DNA of 64,000 nucleotides from Kiritimatiellia bacterium (GTDB lineage Bacteria; Verrucomicrobiota; Kiritimatiellia; JAAZAB01): NCBI GenBank assembly GCA_040767085.1, contig JAXGPF010000011.1, positions 161,369 to 225,368 of the forward strand, read 5' to 3'. Shown piece by piece: positions 63,426 to 64,000 of this stretch (position 1 is its first letter; each line of letters starts with the position of its first letter). The notes under the pieces were generated by a model. It saw only the letters and a program-made list of their open reading frames with translations, ran no database searches and was not told where the DNA came from. The position numbers and the translations under genes were made by a program.

Positions 63426-63936
63426 CGGGTTCCTCCTTGATGGTTCAAGCCCAATGCTCTCTCCGCAGTGCAGCAGAGTCAAGCCGTACGGGAATGAAGC
63501 CGGGGCAACTTTCCAAGCGATTGGAAAGGACGGGTCGAGGCTGGCTGCTCGGGTTTCGTCCCGAAAATGGCCGGCTTGACGCCATTCCGGAGGATAAATT
63601 GGGACCATCCCGCGCTCGGCTTCAGGATGACGATCGAACCTGGGTTTTACTTTCGAGTAAAACGGTGCAATTATACCGTTACCGTCCGCTCAGTGTTGAG
63701 TGGTTTGAAGCATTCCTGAACGACGAACTTGGCGGCGATACCGGCGCGCCGAGCAGATGCGCACCAGTTCCTGCCGTTGCGTCGCTGTCCGCAGAGCGCG
63801 GCCCCGTCTGTCTCCGCATTGCTGTGGCGCGCCACATTCTGCCGTGGTGTTTCCGCCAAATTATTTCGTACTGAATCAGGGGTAGCGGACACAATTGGCC
63901 GTGGGGTATGACACGCTTGTCCGTGGACACAGAAAG

Positions 63937-63965
63937 GGCGCCGGTTGCCACCGGCGCCTTTTTTT
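63937..63965 (+). terminator. Rho-independent terminator
   Basis: GGCGCCGGT-TGCC-ACCGGCGCC-TTTTTTT. Confidence 0.75.
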
Positions 63966-64000
63966 GTCATTTCTGTTATCGGGTTGGTTATTTTTGACCG

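Larger units (their letters stand above)
57570..64000. mobile_element. Probable genomic island integrated at tRNA-Ser (continues past the window)
   Basis: Arm-site-like direct repeats right after the tRNA, switch to unrelated accessory genes, attC sites; no integrase in the window. Confidence 0.65.

Noticed and set aside
63860-63965. Possible small RNA or riboswitch before the terminator
   Set aside because: No family motif recognisable by eye; would need an Rfam search.

Overview
Replication-origin region of a GC-rich bacterium. Protein and repeat style suggest the PVC superphylum (Kiritimatiellota/Lentisphaerota-like; inference). Accessory DNA lies at both ends. Left end (1-5930): an RHS/YD-repeat core gene and orphan toxin-tip/immunity-like pieces alternate with decayed RAYT-like (Y1 HUH) transposase elements. 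Every junction falls on a GGGGTCAGTC/GACTGACCCC inverted repeat, and three RAYT 5' ends carry the same 31-nt palindrome between the same two codons. Next is a ~2316-aa surface protein gene cleanly split by an IS1380-family element. The core holds ldh, dnaA-dnaN with an oriC that appears to use non-canonical boxes, a two-component pair, mnmG with two embedded parS sites, yidC-yidD-rnpA-rpmH, pyrH-frr, trxA, gcvH, kbl and rubredoxin-rubrerythrin-ferritin. A MITE family with 5-bp target duplications occurs three times (699, 234 and 34 bp). Right end (57570-64000): a probable genomic island at tRNA-Ser(GGA) with three attC sites (no integrase in the window) and candidate nuclease/defence cassettes. 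All calls come from reading the sequence by eye; no database searches were run.
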